64,000 nucleotides of DNA from Moniliella sp. 'wahieum' (Eukaryota), in the NCBI GenBank assembly GCA_003971905.1, contig RSEE01000049.1, forward strand, positions 186,001 to 250,000, in the 5' to 3' direction. The position numbers and the translations under genes are program-made. The notes under the pieces are model-generated. The model saw only the letters and a list, made by a program, of their open reading frames with translations, had not been told where the DNA came from and made no database searches. This document shows positions 1 through 11,329 of the stretch, one piece after another; position 1 is the stretch's first letter, and each line of letters starts with the position of its first letter.

Positions 1-237
1 AGTTACTTGCTACTGTGCCTTTGTACTTTCTGCATTTGGCGCGCTCATCGACATCCCATGCCGCTTAATTTCTGAAACCAAATGACTGAAACTCCACAAG
101 CACGTTTCCTTTCCAAATGCGCGGCCGTATTGACGCTAGACCAATCCACGAGGTACAAGCATAAGAGATGGAAGGAAAACTGAGAAATGGCCCCGCTTCC
201 AGTGTGTAAAATAGAACGATGGAGACGGTGGCATTAA

Positions 238-336
238 GGGCTCATGGTGTAGTGGTATCATGCCTCTTTCGGGACTTTCCCGAGCTGGATTCAGTTCGAA
301 TAGAGGTGGTCGTGGGTTCAATTCCCGCTGAGCCCC
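238..336 (+). tRNA. tRNA-Pro(CGG) with 27-nt intron (274-300)
   Basis: Acceptor stem GGGCTCA/TGAGCCC. Anticodon stem CCTCT/AGAGG with loop TT-CGG-G, intron after position 37. T-arm GTGGG-TTCAATT-CCCGC, C discriminator, followed by a T-run Pol III terminator. Confidence 0.93.
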
Positions 337-1026
337 CTTTTGGTATATCTTTTTGATCGAAGGCTGATCGATCATCATGCCCTATCGACATGTTGGACAC
401 ACGGCTTATCATCGCTCGGTATATAGGAATGTCCAGTGGCAGGGGCCGGAGGCCTCTGGTTTTAGCCTGGTCTGTTGGGGATGTCTTTGCCCGATGCCTT
501 GCCCCCGCCTCTAATTCATTGGGCGCGAGCTGTGAGGAAAACATGAGCGAACCTAGAAGGCGATAAACGTGCCTCCTCAGTTTGTCACTCCGCAAGTTCA
601 GCCAATGCTTTGAAGATCTAATCCTGCTATATCACGCCTCTCAGGGCAACGTTCCACATAGCTGCCCCCAGTAGGGAAACGCGCTTCATTAGACCTACTG
701 TTTGGGTAACTCCCAGCTCGCCGTCGCCCTCTTCGAATCTATATACCACTCGTTGCTCCTATCTCATTCGTTGCCCGCCATCCACCGTTTGTATCATTGA
801 CACCATATCCACCAGGGTCCAAGGTCGAGTGAAGTATTGTCCAAATACATTATGGTAGGGAAGCCCATTTCTCCAATATCGGAGTGAGCCAGGGTAGCAG
901 GTGTCCACCTCAAGGACCCACCTGGCCTGCGGCTGAGCTACTCCAACGAAAGAAAAGCAACCCGTGCCCGAAACGTGCATGGACCGAGCCACAAGAGGCC
1001 TATTGCCAGGCCACGTGACCGTTAGA

Positions 1027-1776
1027 TTAGCTTGCGGGAGGGGTAGAACCGAAAGCATCCTTGCTGTCCTCGAGAATGGAAGCATCCTGAGGTGCGTCCG
1101 GTTTGGTTTGGTCGTCAACAGAGGAGAGCGGAATGTATGCGGTCTCAGCAGGCGGGCGCTTTCCAAACCAGCGAACAAGGAAGTTGTCGAAACCACTTAT
1201 AGCCTTCACCCATCAATCCACAAAACACAAATAACAGCAGCCCCGCTGATGCTTCGGAAGTCACGGTGATCACCAAGAAGAGCTGGCGACAGGCATCGCT
1301 GTGGGGATGTTGAGCCCAATTCATACCCGAGACAATGACGAAGACGAGCCACCCAATAGTGCCAATAGTCCCCGCAGCATATAACTTCCTCCCAGCAAGC
1401 CCCACAATGGTAAAGATGATGCGAAGCACGTCGAGAAGCAATAGCACAATTTGTCCCCAGGTGGGATCGGAGACAGCGAAGAAATGAATCAGAACCCTCA
1501 TGGTCCAAACGAAGATCGCAGCCATACCAGCGATCACAAGCACAGCCCCACCACCTCAAGGGCCTCATTGGGCGAATGCGAGGTTGATTTGGCGCCCGCA
1601 TCCGGTGTAGACTCCGTGCTGGCGGCGGGGGGAGCGTGGTCAAAGTAGACAAAGCGGGGGGCACCGGCTGAACCATCATCAGATACGGAAGAGATGCTGC
1701 TACCAGCCTCGGCAGGTGAAGCGCGGTACACATGGACGACGGTGTTGCCGTCGAGGGGATACGGCGCAGTGGGCAT
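1027..1776 (-). CDS. Orphan multi-pass membrane protein, family copy 1 (frameshifted)
   Basis: Starts MPTAPYPLDGNTVVHVYR...FVYFDH (ORF 1534..2037). Continues in hydrophobic ORF 1145..1543 (DPTWGQIVLLLLDVLRIIF, TIGWLVFVIVSG, LFLVITVTSEA) and ORF 1027..1209 (FDNFLVRWFGK). The same blocks recur at 22876-23652 and 61139-61918. Confidence 0.7.
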
Positions 1777-2089
1777 GGCAGGTAGAGGGATGGCGAAGGG
1801 TGGGGAGGGATGAAGAAGGATGGGGAAGAATGCGGGATGGGAGGATGGAGGGTGGTGGCCGTAGTAAGCCAACAGCTGGAGCGAAGAGGGAAATGGAATG
1901 GATGGCGAGAGAAAGCATGCCCGAAAAGGGATGCTGCGCACGAGCGCCTGCTGCGCCGAGGGCCCCACGTGATAACACATACATCGCTTGATCGACATGA
2001 TCGATGATCTGATCGATGGTCGATAATCAAATTTCAAATCGGCAGCATTGGAAACCGTAGAAACTAGACACTAGTCCCTGAGACTAGTC

Positions 2090-2165
2090 ACTAGCTTCAT
2101 GCAGCTTCACTAGCTTCATGCAGCTTCACTAGCTTCATGCAGCTTCACTAGCTTCATGCAGCTTC
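2090..2165. repeat. Tandem repeat, 4 x 19 bp (ACTAGCTTCATGCAGCTTC), trailing into AAGCTTC/ACTAGCTTC units
   Basis: Four exact units read directly from the sequence. Confidence 0.9.
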
Positions 2166-2607
2166 AAGCTTCACTAGCTTCACTAGCTTCAAGCTCTAAG
2201 GTTCACGCTCCCAGACAGTGCCTGACCTGCCTGGCCTGCCGGGCCTGCCGGGCGCACTGGATATCTTGTTTTTACCGGTTTACCCGACGAGGTCCGTCGC
2301 TGGAAATGGGTTGAACGTTGACGCGTTGACGTTCGTCGCGCTCGCACACATCTCACACCCACATGTGCGATGGGTATGACGTATGCCGTCTGAAAGAAGG
2401 GAGGGTAGGCCGTAGGGCGAAGCATTAAGCCCTCCTCTTAGACACTGGGCGATCAATGGGTGAGTGCGATGAATCGGTCACACCGAACGAGCCCAGAACC
2501 GTGGTGGTCCGTTAACCGCGTTAGCGTTTAACGTTTAACTGAGAACTAGTAGCTACGCTACCAGACTAAAGACGATGGAATTGTACAGGGCGGAAACAAC
2601 ACACACA

Positions 2608-2706
2608 GGGCTCATGGTGTAGTGGTATCATGCCTCTTTCGGGACTTTCCCGGACTGGTTTCGGTTCGAATAGAGGTGGTCGTGGGTTCAATTCCCGCTG
2701 AGCCCC
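2608..2706 (+). tRNA. tRNA-Pro(CGG) with 27-nt intron (2644-2670), second copy
   Basis: Exons identical to 238-336; the intron differs at 4 positions; T-run terminator follows. Confidence 0.93.
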
Positions 2707-2949
2707 TTTTCTCGTTTTTTTAACAAACCCTCTACTAATTCAACCTGGGGACGCCGGGACACTGCCGCTGCTCTGTCACAGCAAAAGGGGCTGTGTGCAG
2801 GCACTGAGCCAGGGCAGCAGTGTGGGAAAGAGGACATCAGCCGATCAGCGTGAACGTCGTGAACCACCACCATCGTCACCATCGCCACCATCGCCTCTCC
2901 TGGCTCCCTCCTCTGCTCTTTCCACAAGTGTGGCTGCTGCTTCGTGGCC

Positions 2950-3987
2950 ATGTATCTGCCCTCCCCCGCCGAGGTCAAGCGGCCGGGACCGGTGGGCATC
3001 CGCGTGGGTGCCCTGGCGCTCCAAACGCTGCTGCTCCTTGCTCTCCTCCTCTCCTGGGTCACCCCCGTTGCCACCCCCATCACCCGGCCCTGACGCCTGG
3101 ACAGGCCGACTCGACCAACCCGCAAGCGCCCGTAGATGTTGGGGACCATGAACCTCCGCTTTCGTACCGCAACGGCCGGCACGCCAGCTCGGGTCATGAC
3201 TATACCGACCCGTCCCACTATGGAGGCAGCATGCTGCTTCTCGTTGAAAATGGCATGCGCGAGCCCATCAACGCCATCGTCTCGGGCCTGTCTGATCCTT
3301 ACGTCCTTTCTGATGCCGGTTTCCGTGACTATGTCCGCTCGATTGGCTTTAGCTTTGAATGCTTTGACATGCACCTTGGTACCCCCATGCGCGCTGATTT
3401 GGGCGATGGGAACGGCATGGCAGAGGAGCGCTTCGAGTACCGCGAGATCAAGGATTGGGATGCTGGCCGTGCTATTGGTTCCTGTCGTGAATCGTTGGCG
3501 GGAGGGAACCATTTCCGGGGTACGTCCATCGTTTTTTCTCTCTTGTCATGCATCATGAGCAGAAGCTGACCTCGTACTTGGTTCCAGCTTTCAAGCAGTA
3601 TGGCCCCCTCTCCCAGACGGGCGCCTGGTTCCTCGCCGTGTCGGCTGAGAAAAACTGGCGTACCAGCATAAGATTATCAAGGACGGCTACAACCATGGCC
3701 GGGACTTGCTTGTAAACGCATCAATCGCTGGCGGCTCTTACCGCGGGTGGGAGTGGTCTGCGAAAGTGGAGTATGTCACTGGGCTCCTCGAACCGGGTGT
3801 CCATGGCATCAACCACAACATCCCCCAGGACGGCCGAACGGCTGTGATTACAGTGAAGCGCATTCAGGCGGGCGACCCGCCGATGGGCCAACGCGTCGGG
3901 GCGAAGATGGCCCAACTGGGCTCGATGCTGGTCGAGTTCTTGACGGCCGTGCTCACCCAGATTCAGATGCACACTTACCTGCTTTAG
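2950..3987 (+). CDS. Conserved uncharacterised fungal secreted/membrane-anchored protein (intron 3520-3587; one early frameshift)
   Basis: Hydrophobic leader (ALALQTLLLLALLLSW). Motifs EPINAIVSGLSDPYVL and GSCRESLAGGNHFR, joined across a GTACGT...CTGAC...CAG intron to AFKQYG...GAWFLAVSAE...HKIIKDGYNHGRD, as recalled for a basidiomycete family. Confidence 0.7.
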
Positions 3988-4466
3988 GCTGGCCCGTCAG
4001 CCGGCACATCTGAATCAGTCCTGCTTCCCTGCGTGGCAAGTCTTACACCCACCCTTCTCTTCGTCTGTGTCTACCTCACTTAAGCCCAAGTCGCCTGCGT
4101 TTCCGATGAACTGCCTGATCGCACGTTCGGTTCGCTCGGCTGTGCGGCTGCCCTCCCCTTGCACCGCTACTCTCGAAAGCTAAGCCGATCAAACTTCCCC
4201 TGTCCTAGTCGCTCTCCCCAACCCTCTTCCCAGTTTATATCCATGGACTGCACCTCCTCCCGACTGTGCTGCGTATAGCCTGCCTCGGCCACTTCATACT
4301 AGCTGCGAAGTACAAGGGCACGAGTTTGGGGTCATAGCGGCTACACCAAGGTGGCGTTGCTCCCAAAGTTCAACCTCCTCCCGAAGGCTGAGACGATTCT
4401 TCTCACGTACATCATGAGTGCACCCCCCTGGATGCGTTTCCATACAGCAATATAGGTCACTGCGCC

Positions 4467-5258
4467 TGTTACGGGCTGAGTTGGATCTGGGAGGATCTGA
4501 TACAAGCTAAGGCCCCCTACTCTGCACATACTCAGTAGAGTGCGCTCCGAAGCCCAACCAAGTGTGATGATGGTTGGTTAAATGAGGTATGGTGGCCCGA
4601 TGGGCCATGCATCAGTCCGCGCGGCATTAGTCGGTTGGCCTAAACTGAAGCCACCAAATTTCCAGTCACTTTGCGACGGCTGTCGCCCCGTCACGACTTA
4701 CTTCATCCTTCTCCGTTGCACCTGCGACAACCAATCCATCTTTGACAGGCCTTCCTTTCTATACACCTCTATCGTGTCCGTTTTCCCTTTTGATTTAGCC
4801 TGTACCCCTGTTGATGGGGATCCTTTCTCCGCTTTCCATTCTTATCCCTTCCGGGCCGCCTTTCCTGTCCTCCAGCTTTCCATCCGCCCAGTCGCGCGAG
4901 CCTCATTTCAGCCGCATCGATTCCCCGTACCAGCTTATTGCGTGGGTTCCTTCCAACCACGTCGACAGCCGCCCCTGTTCAGCCTCAGCTCCGGTAGTGT
5001 TTGTCCTCCACTGCCTCCACCCGTCCCTAAACCTCGAAAGCTTCAGACACGTTACTACAGCCCACTCCGATGCATACGCAGCCTTGCAACACGTACAGTA
5101 GTCTCAGCTTCACTTCCAAAGGCCTTGCCTCGTCCCTAGCTCTGTTTGGATCCACCAACTATAGCCCAAGCCCGAAACTACCGTGTGTCGTCCTTTTGTT
5201 CCCTAAGGGATTGTACTCCACAACCCTGGGAGCCCCCTGGCGGGGCTCGCCCGTGACA
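4467..5258. mobile_element. Solo LTR, copy A (Ty3/Gypsy-like termini)
   Basis: Begins TGTTACGGGC and ends GCCCGTGACA (imperfect terminal inverted repeat). Flanked by exact 5-bp TSD GCGCC (4462-4466 / 5259-5263). Homologous to 37989-38811. Confidence 0.9.
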
Positions 5259-8200
5259 GCGCCCCTGCTCGCGCCGGTGATGGTCCAAAGTAGTGGCTCC
5301 AAGGGCATTCGTTGACAAGAGACAATTCCGAGTCAGGATACTTCATCATGTTAGGTTTGATATATGATAAGATGCTACTAGGCTGGGACGCGGTAGCTTG
5401 CCTCAGTGTACCTTACTGCGCTTGCCCCACGCAAGTTATCTGCGTTGCGTGGCCAGCACGTAACACTCGACCATGGAGCCGCACCGCACCGCATCGCGTC
5501 AGGTCATGATAGTCCCCCCATCCCAGACGACCAGGGCGACAGGGCAACACTTACAGCTCCTCAGGCTATAATGCTATAGGGCACTGCAACCATGCAGATG
5601 TATACTGTCCTCGCTTCCGAGCTGGGGCAGGCAATATCAACGTACACGAGGGAGACATGGCCCAACGTGGTATCATTGCATCATATCCGGCATATGAAAC
5701 GCGCCAAGACGTGTCAGGGCAAATACTTGGGAGGGAAATCCTATCCTATTGGTTGGTGCGTCATCCTGAAGTCTCCATCTGAGGTCCTGAAGTATGAGAA
5801 GCTTTGACAAGGTCCGACGGGGAGGCGCTTGAAGCTTGACAGCACTCGATGCGGCGCTATTTAATAGATAGACGACTATCTATGCCGTTCGCGTTTTATA
5901 GGGCAGAGTGCGCTGCTCATCGAGTTCATCAACTTCTTCCTCCTTCCCGTCCGAAAACCATTGATCGATCGTCGTTACTCAATGGTACTCATTCATCAAA
6001 CATGCAAAATGGTAACCTGTGAATGTCATGGGCGCATCCTGGACGGGAGCCCGAATCACAGTGTTGTAGGGGCTTTCCCATGGAGGACGACGGACCACTC
6101 TCACCGTGGCTCCATCCTGAATATACCCCTGGCAGATGCGAACTGAGCTAGAGACGAGGCCAGGCCGCTCAATGTTGTATGGGCCAGCTCTTCACGTGGA
6201 AAAAAGGTCGTTGTGTATGCGCCGGAACGACTGAGGAAGACTAACGAGCCTGCAGTCTGTTTCGTCCTACGGATTGGACGGAACGGTGACGCAGGCAACG
6301 ACACTCAGAAGGGTATGAAAATCCCGTCTTCCATCGGAACAGCTCAGCCATCGAGCCATCGTGTATAATTGCCACGAGGTCCGTATAAGGAGGAGACTGG
6401 ATACTGGGGGTCGACGGCAATATAGATGTCCGCGGTTACATGATACTGGAAGACCCATCAGAGGTGATGATCGCTGGAGGCTGGTCAGTATTATAGGACC
6501 GCTGGTAAACTAGGAGAAGCGCGGGCCTCACAACATGTGGGAGATGCTGTGTTGGGTTAATTATGCATTTATGCTCCATTTAGATGCTCCAGAGTACTTG
6601 TAGGGGTTTGTTCGATGTTCAGACAAAAGACAGCTCAGTCTTGACGTAGACCAACCTAGGCAAGGGAGACAAGGGGATGCATGAGCTTGGCCGGGCTCGA
6701 CCGCCGCGCGCCGTCGCCTCGTGACACCATCAGGCGCGCGCTTCCTCACAAGACGTGTCCTCATGCCTAAGGAATCGATGGCCTCTCCCCTGCCTGCGGC
6801 ATGGACGTTAGGGCATGTGCTCGCCACTCTGCACTCCTCTCCCTTAATAGCTTGATCGATTATCCATCGTCGCGAAAGCCGTCGCTTGATGTGCTCCTCT
6901 TTCCAACCTCAACTCGGTGCTCGGCACACATCTCCTCCATTGGGGAGTTGGACAACATGCCACAGCGAGATCCATTCTGAATCCCTCACACCTCCTTCCT
7001 TCCATCGGTCGTCGGGATGCGAGTCAAGGCTCTTATCCTTTGCCGTTCCACTTTCTTTCGGTCATTGGCGGTACGAGTCCACTCTCCTTGTGAAGCTAAC
7101 ACAATAAGTGTGGGTTGTACGGGCTCAGTTGTACTCAGTTTTGTTGTACTCAGTTTCGCCCGTAACGCGAAACCATAAAAGCAGAAACCTTCTTTGCCCC
7201 CCCCCTTTCCCATCAACAGAATTCGGTATAGTACTTTGTCTAATTAGTATCTACACTTCGCGCGCGGCTCTTGGTGGTCTTCCTTCGGCCTTGCTTCGGC
7301 CCCCTTCGGTGCTGTCCTCGCCACCCAATGCCTAATGGTCAGATCTCAGAGCGACAGCGACGGGGCTCCATTATACATCGTGACTAATATAATGACTATA
7401 GTGACTGCTTCGCAGTATGGATATATACGAGGTGGGGGTGGGGTGAGATCTGAGACCGCCACTAGTCACTTGTATTTTAGTCCTTTCTCAATAGTACAGA
7501 AACAGGACGCACTCGCGCATGCGAGATCCGGAACGTGGGACGCTTGGCCGATGTCACAGACACTTGAGAGCGTGGCGAGCGCGGAAGCGTGGGCGGCATA
7601 GACATCTGCGCATGCTACTCGGTGTTCTCATCATCCAATCGGTCATTAGTTCCACCAGGGGGAAAGGCCTGGTGTCGGGCTGGGGAGGTCAGTGCCATAT
7701 GCACTATGCACAAGTACTCCGTGCTCGCTACCACACTTTCTCGACATGATGCACATGATGTCGAAGATGTTGATATGCCCTGATGGCCAAAAGAATGCAG
7801 GTTTTACCCTCTACAGCAGGATCTCCAGTGCGAAGCTCCTGCGTGGCTTTTGTCGTGGTCGCTCTTTTTCGGACGCGCCTACTACGACGGCTATGCTTTG
7901 GTTAGTAGCCTGGTCCACGCTTGTCACATGCTTCAAGCTTCATGCCGTGATGATAGTCACAAAAGTAGGCGTACATATCGGAGCCAACCAGAGCAGACTC
8001 CTTGGCCCTGATGCTATAGCCCCCATAGTTCAGAGGCTCGGCGATCGGCCCTCAATATTTAATCCTCGATACCGGTGGCCCAGTGGCTCAGCAGCGTAAC
8101 AAACGCTAAACGGGAGTGCTAGGATCGGGTGATAGGAAACTGGGGTTACCTTGGACAGGCTAGGATCCAAGATCTGGGATTTGGGATCTGAGTCCTGGGA

Positions 8201-8785
8201 TCTGGGATCTGGCTTTGCACGTAGTGCTACTATACTATAGAGCGCGTGACCAGATGATGCTGGCGAGTTATATTAGGAAGTGGGAGTACACTACTAGACT
8301 GAACCTCAGCGCCTCAGCGCTGCAAGTGGGCTGCCCTGCGCTGCCTCAGTGCCACTCTGTCTGAGATCTGTGAGTACTGTGGAACTCGAAGTACTTTTAG
8401 GACTCAGTGTACTCAGCGTTCAGTTACTCAAGCTTCAAGCTCGAACAGCTTCAAAAGACGACTAAGTGACTAGAACTAGTGACTAAGTACTTCTTCGGCC
8501 TAAGGCCTCTCCTACGTGCAAAGTACCTTGCAAGACGAGGGAGGGAGGCAATATCCGAAATACAGTTGTCCAGAGAAGAAAATAAGAACGATGCGAGGTT
8601 GCGGTTGCAAGGCAGGAGACACAAAGGCGAGAGGGGAGAGGACTAATAGCAACTTAAGTGGGGGGAGGACGACGAAGGATTCGTCGGGAAGCGAGGGGGC
8701 CCATAGTCTGAGTAGGGCACCAGAGGGTGGACCCCAAAGGTATGCATGCAAACAGAGGGGAGCGAGAGCCGGGTGAATACCAAAT

Positions 8786-10068
8786 TTACGCCCACGCACT
8801 CTTGTCCCCGGGCGTGTCGGGGAGCTCAAACGCAAAAAACTTGGGTTCCGCATCATGGCTCGCGCTGGACAGACGCATGTCGACAGGGGCAGTGCTCATG
8901 TCAGGCCAGAAGGGAGCCGAGCTGACGGTTGCGGCGCGGGAGCGGCCGGCCAGGCTGTCAAACAGCGCATAGGTGCTAGGTGCGTTCTCGCTTTCTGGGG
9001 GGGGCGGAGAAAAAGTTGGTCGAGGAAGGAATACTGGAGGAGTACTCGGTAGGGTGGGATGCGCTCCATTCCGTCCCAGAGAGAGAAGAAGGTCCAGGGG
9101 CAGTGTTAGGGGCGAGTCGAGCGTATAGGCCTTGTACGCTCCCGTAAGCATAGTGGGCGAAGCAGCATCCGCGTTGCCTGGTCGGCTCTGGTCCCTCCGT
9201 CTACGCTGACAGCCCGTTTGACCGCCAGGTGACGGCTCATCGCATCTTTGCGGGAAAACTGCTTGCTGCAGGTGGGGCAAGAGTAAGGCTTGTTGGCCAT
9301 GTGGATGCGTGCATGCCGCCTCAAATCGTGGTTGCGTGCAAAAGCTGCACCGCACTGCGTGCACCCATAGTTCTTGGGCAACGACACTTTGCTCCGTTCT
9401 TTGCCTGATGCCTTTTGCCTGCTTTGGCAGGCGCAGGCAAAGAGGACGATTCGGCTGGTGCACTGGCCACGTTCTCTGCGGGCGACGCCAGCGCTAGTGC
9501 CGATGGCCAAGGCGCATCCGTCTGGGCTCCAGCTGGCCTCGTTCACGGCCCAGCTGGAATGGTCGACGAACGGTCGGGCACTCGACTCTGCCAAATGACT
9601 GTTATCCCACGACCCGGGCTGCTGGGGCGGGGAGAGCAACGGTCCAGAGGCCGTTGATGCGGCAGGGGAGGACAGTGGCGAGGGAAATGAGGGCGGCGGA
9701 CCAGAGGCCAGGACAGAGGGCAACTGTGCCTTCTGGGACAGAGGCAAGGACGTAGGCCACACACTGCCAGAGGAGACAACTGGAGCAGGAGGGCATGGCA
9801 TGGTGACGGTGGGCAAGTCAACAGGCGCGTGAGAGAAGGTCCCTGCCGGCTCAAAGTTGGAGGTCAACAGGGCGGAGAAGGGGCCGGGAGAAGTGAAAGT
9901 GTCGGCCAGAACCACGGGGGCGGTGCTAGGATCTGGGAGCGCAGCGGGGTCCAGTGCGGGCGCGAACGATTCGAAAGACGTGGGGGCCTGCATGTCGAAT
10001 TGGTCCCGCAACCAGGGCGCGGATGGGAGAAAGGAGTAGGAGCTAACGGGCATGTTGAGCGTCGCCAT
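8786..10068 (-). CDS. C2H2 zinc-finger transcription factor (two fingers; C-terminus uncertain, stop at 9106 or, via frameshift, 8786)
   Basis: YGCTQCGAAFARNHDLRRHARIH-MANKPY-SCPTCSKQFSRKDAMSRH tandem C2H2 fingers, after a Pro/Ser-rich N-terminal region. Confidence 0.85.
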
Positions 10069-11329
10069 GGCGAGTGGTGGTAATAGAGGAAATGTTTGGG
10101 GGGGGGGAGAGGGGGAGGAACTTTAAGGCAGGCCGAGACGCAAAGCCGGTCTGCTACAGGCGGCAGATAAAAGAAAGGTCAGAGCAGGTTCCTTTTGATA
10201 CGTATACCAAGTAGGGTGACTTTCGAACACCAGGCCGGCCCGCATGGAGACAAGGCAGGGGGCGAGAGACAGAAAGTGCGACGATACCGAGGAGATTAGG
10301 CTCGGCAGGTCACTCAGGGGTGTGTCAACTGGTCGATTGTACTCACGGGGTCCAGGAGGCGGCTGGGCGAGGGCAGGAATGGAAGTGTGCCCGACACAGA
10401 GGGAGGAGTGGTGGGCGGAGAGGCGGAGGGGCGAAAAGAGGCGGGCGACGGGGGCGCGGCGGGCTTTATGAGAGTGAAGGAAGGAGACGTGGGTCTGCGG
10501 CAGGGAGGCTGCGCGGGTGGAAAAGGGCAGGGAGGGGCACACGAACACGGGCAATGCAAAGCAGACCAACAACGCAACACAGGCGCTGGGCCTGCAGCGC
10601 GCCAGAGCAGACAGCGGCCTTGTGCTGGCCAGACAGGCCCGCGCACTGGGGGGGAAGTGCTACTGACTAGCGACTGACTAGCGACTGGCTAGCGACTGAC
10701 CAGCGACTAGGGTCCATGCACCATGATCGAACGAGTGAGACGGATGGCGCATGCGGAGAAAGAGCCGACGGCAGGATCTGAGATCGGAGATGTGAGATAG
10801 CTCGATAGTCCATCGTCGATAGCATCGATGGAGTCTGGTCAGGAGGTGGGCCGCAGGACGGGGGGCAGTGCTCGCCTGTGCTGGCCCCTGCTGGGCGCTG
10901 GCCTCCTTTCGAAGCGTTTGCCTTCGGGCGCAGGCTGAGCGCTGGCTCATGCATGATGCGCTGATTCATCATGCATTTCCCTTCGGATCCCCCAGGCCGA
11001 AGGAGAAATGACTGTTGTGACATGGCAGGGAGCAGTGAAAACGGGCACCTGCAGGCTATCGTCTCTCGTTCACGGAACGTACGGCTTCAGGAGATCGGGG
11101 CCCAGATCTCAGATGCCCGATCGATCAGACAACGGGGCCAGTGAATGCGGGAACTATGTATGTCTGTCCCCAGAAGCACTCCACCTCCAGGCCCAGCCCA
11201 AACCGAATGCAGTCAAATTTCAAATCGAGTCGGAGGGACGTTGGGTGCACAGCCAGCGTGGGAGGGGTGGGGCCGCAGAGCAGCCGGAGGCAGAACAGAG
11301 AAGGGCCGCGACTGCCGACAGGAGCAACA

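Noticed and set aside
2090..2195. Regular repeats resembling a CRISPR array
   Set aside because: The units are contiguous with no unique spacers, no cas genes are present, and the context is eukaryotic.
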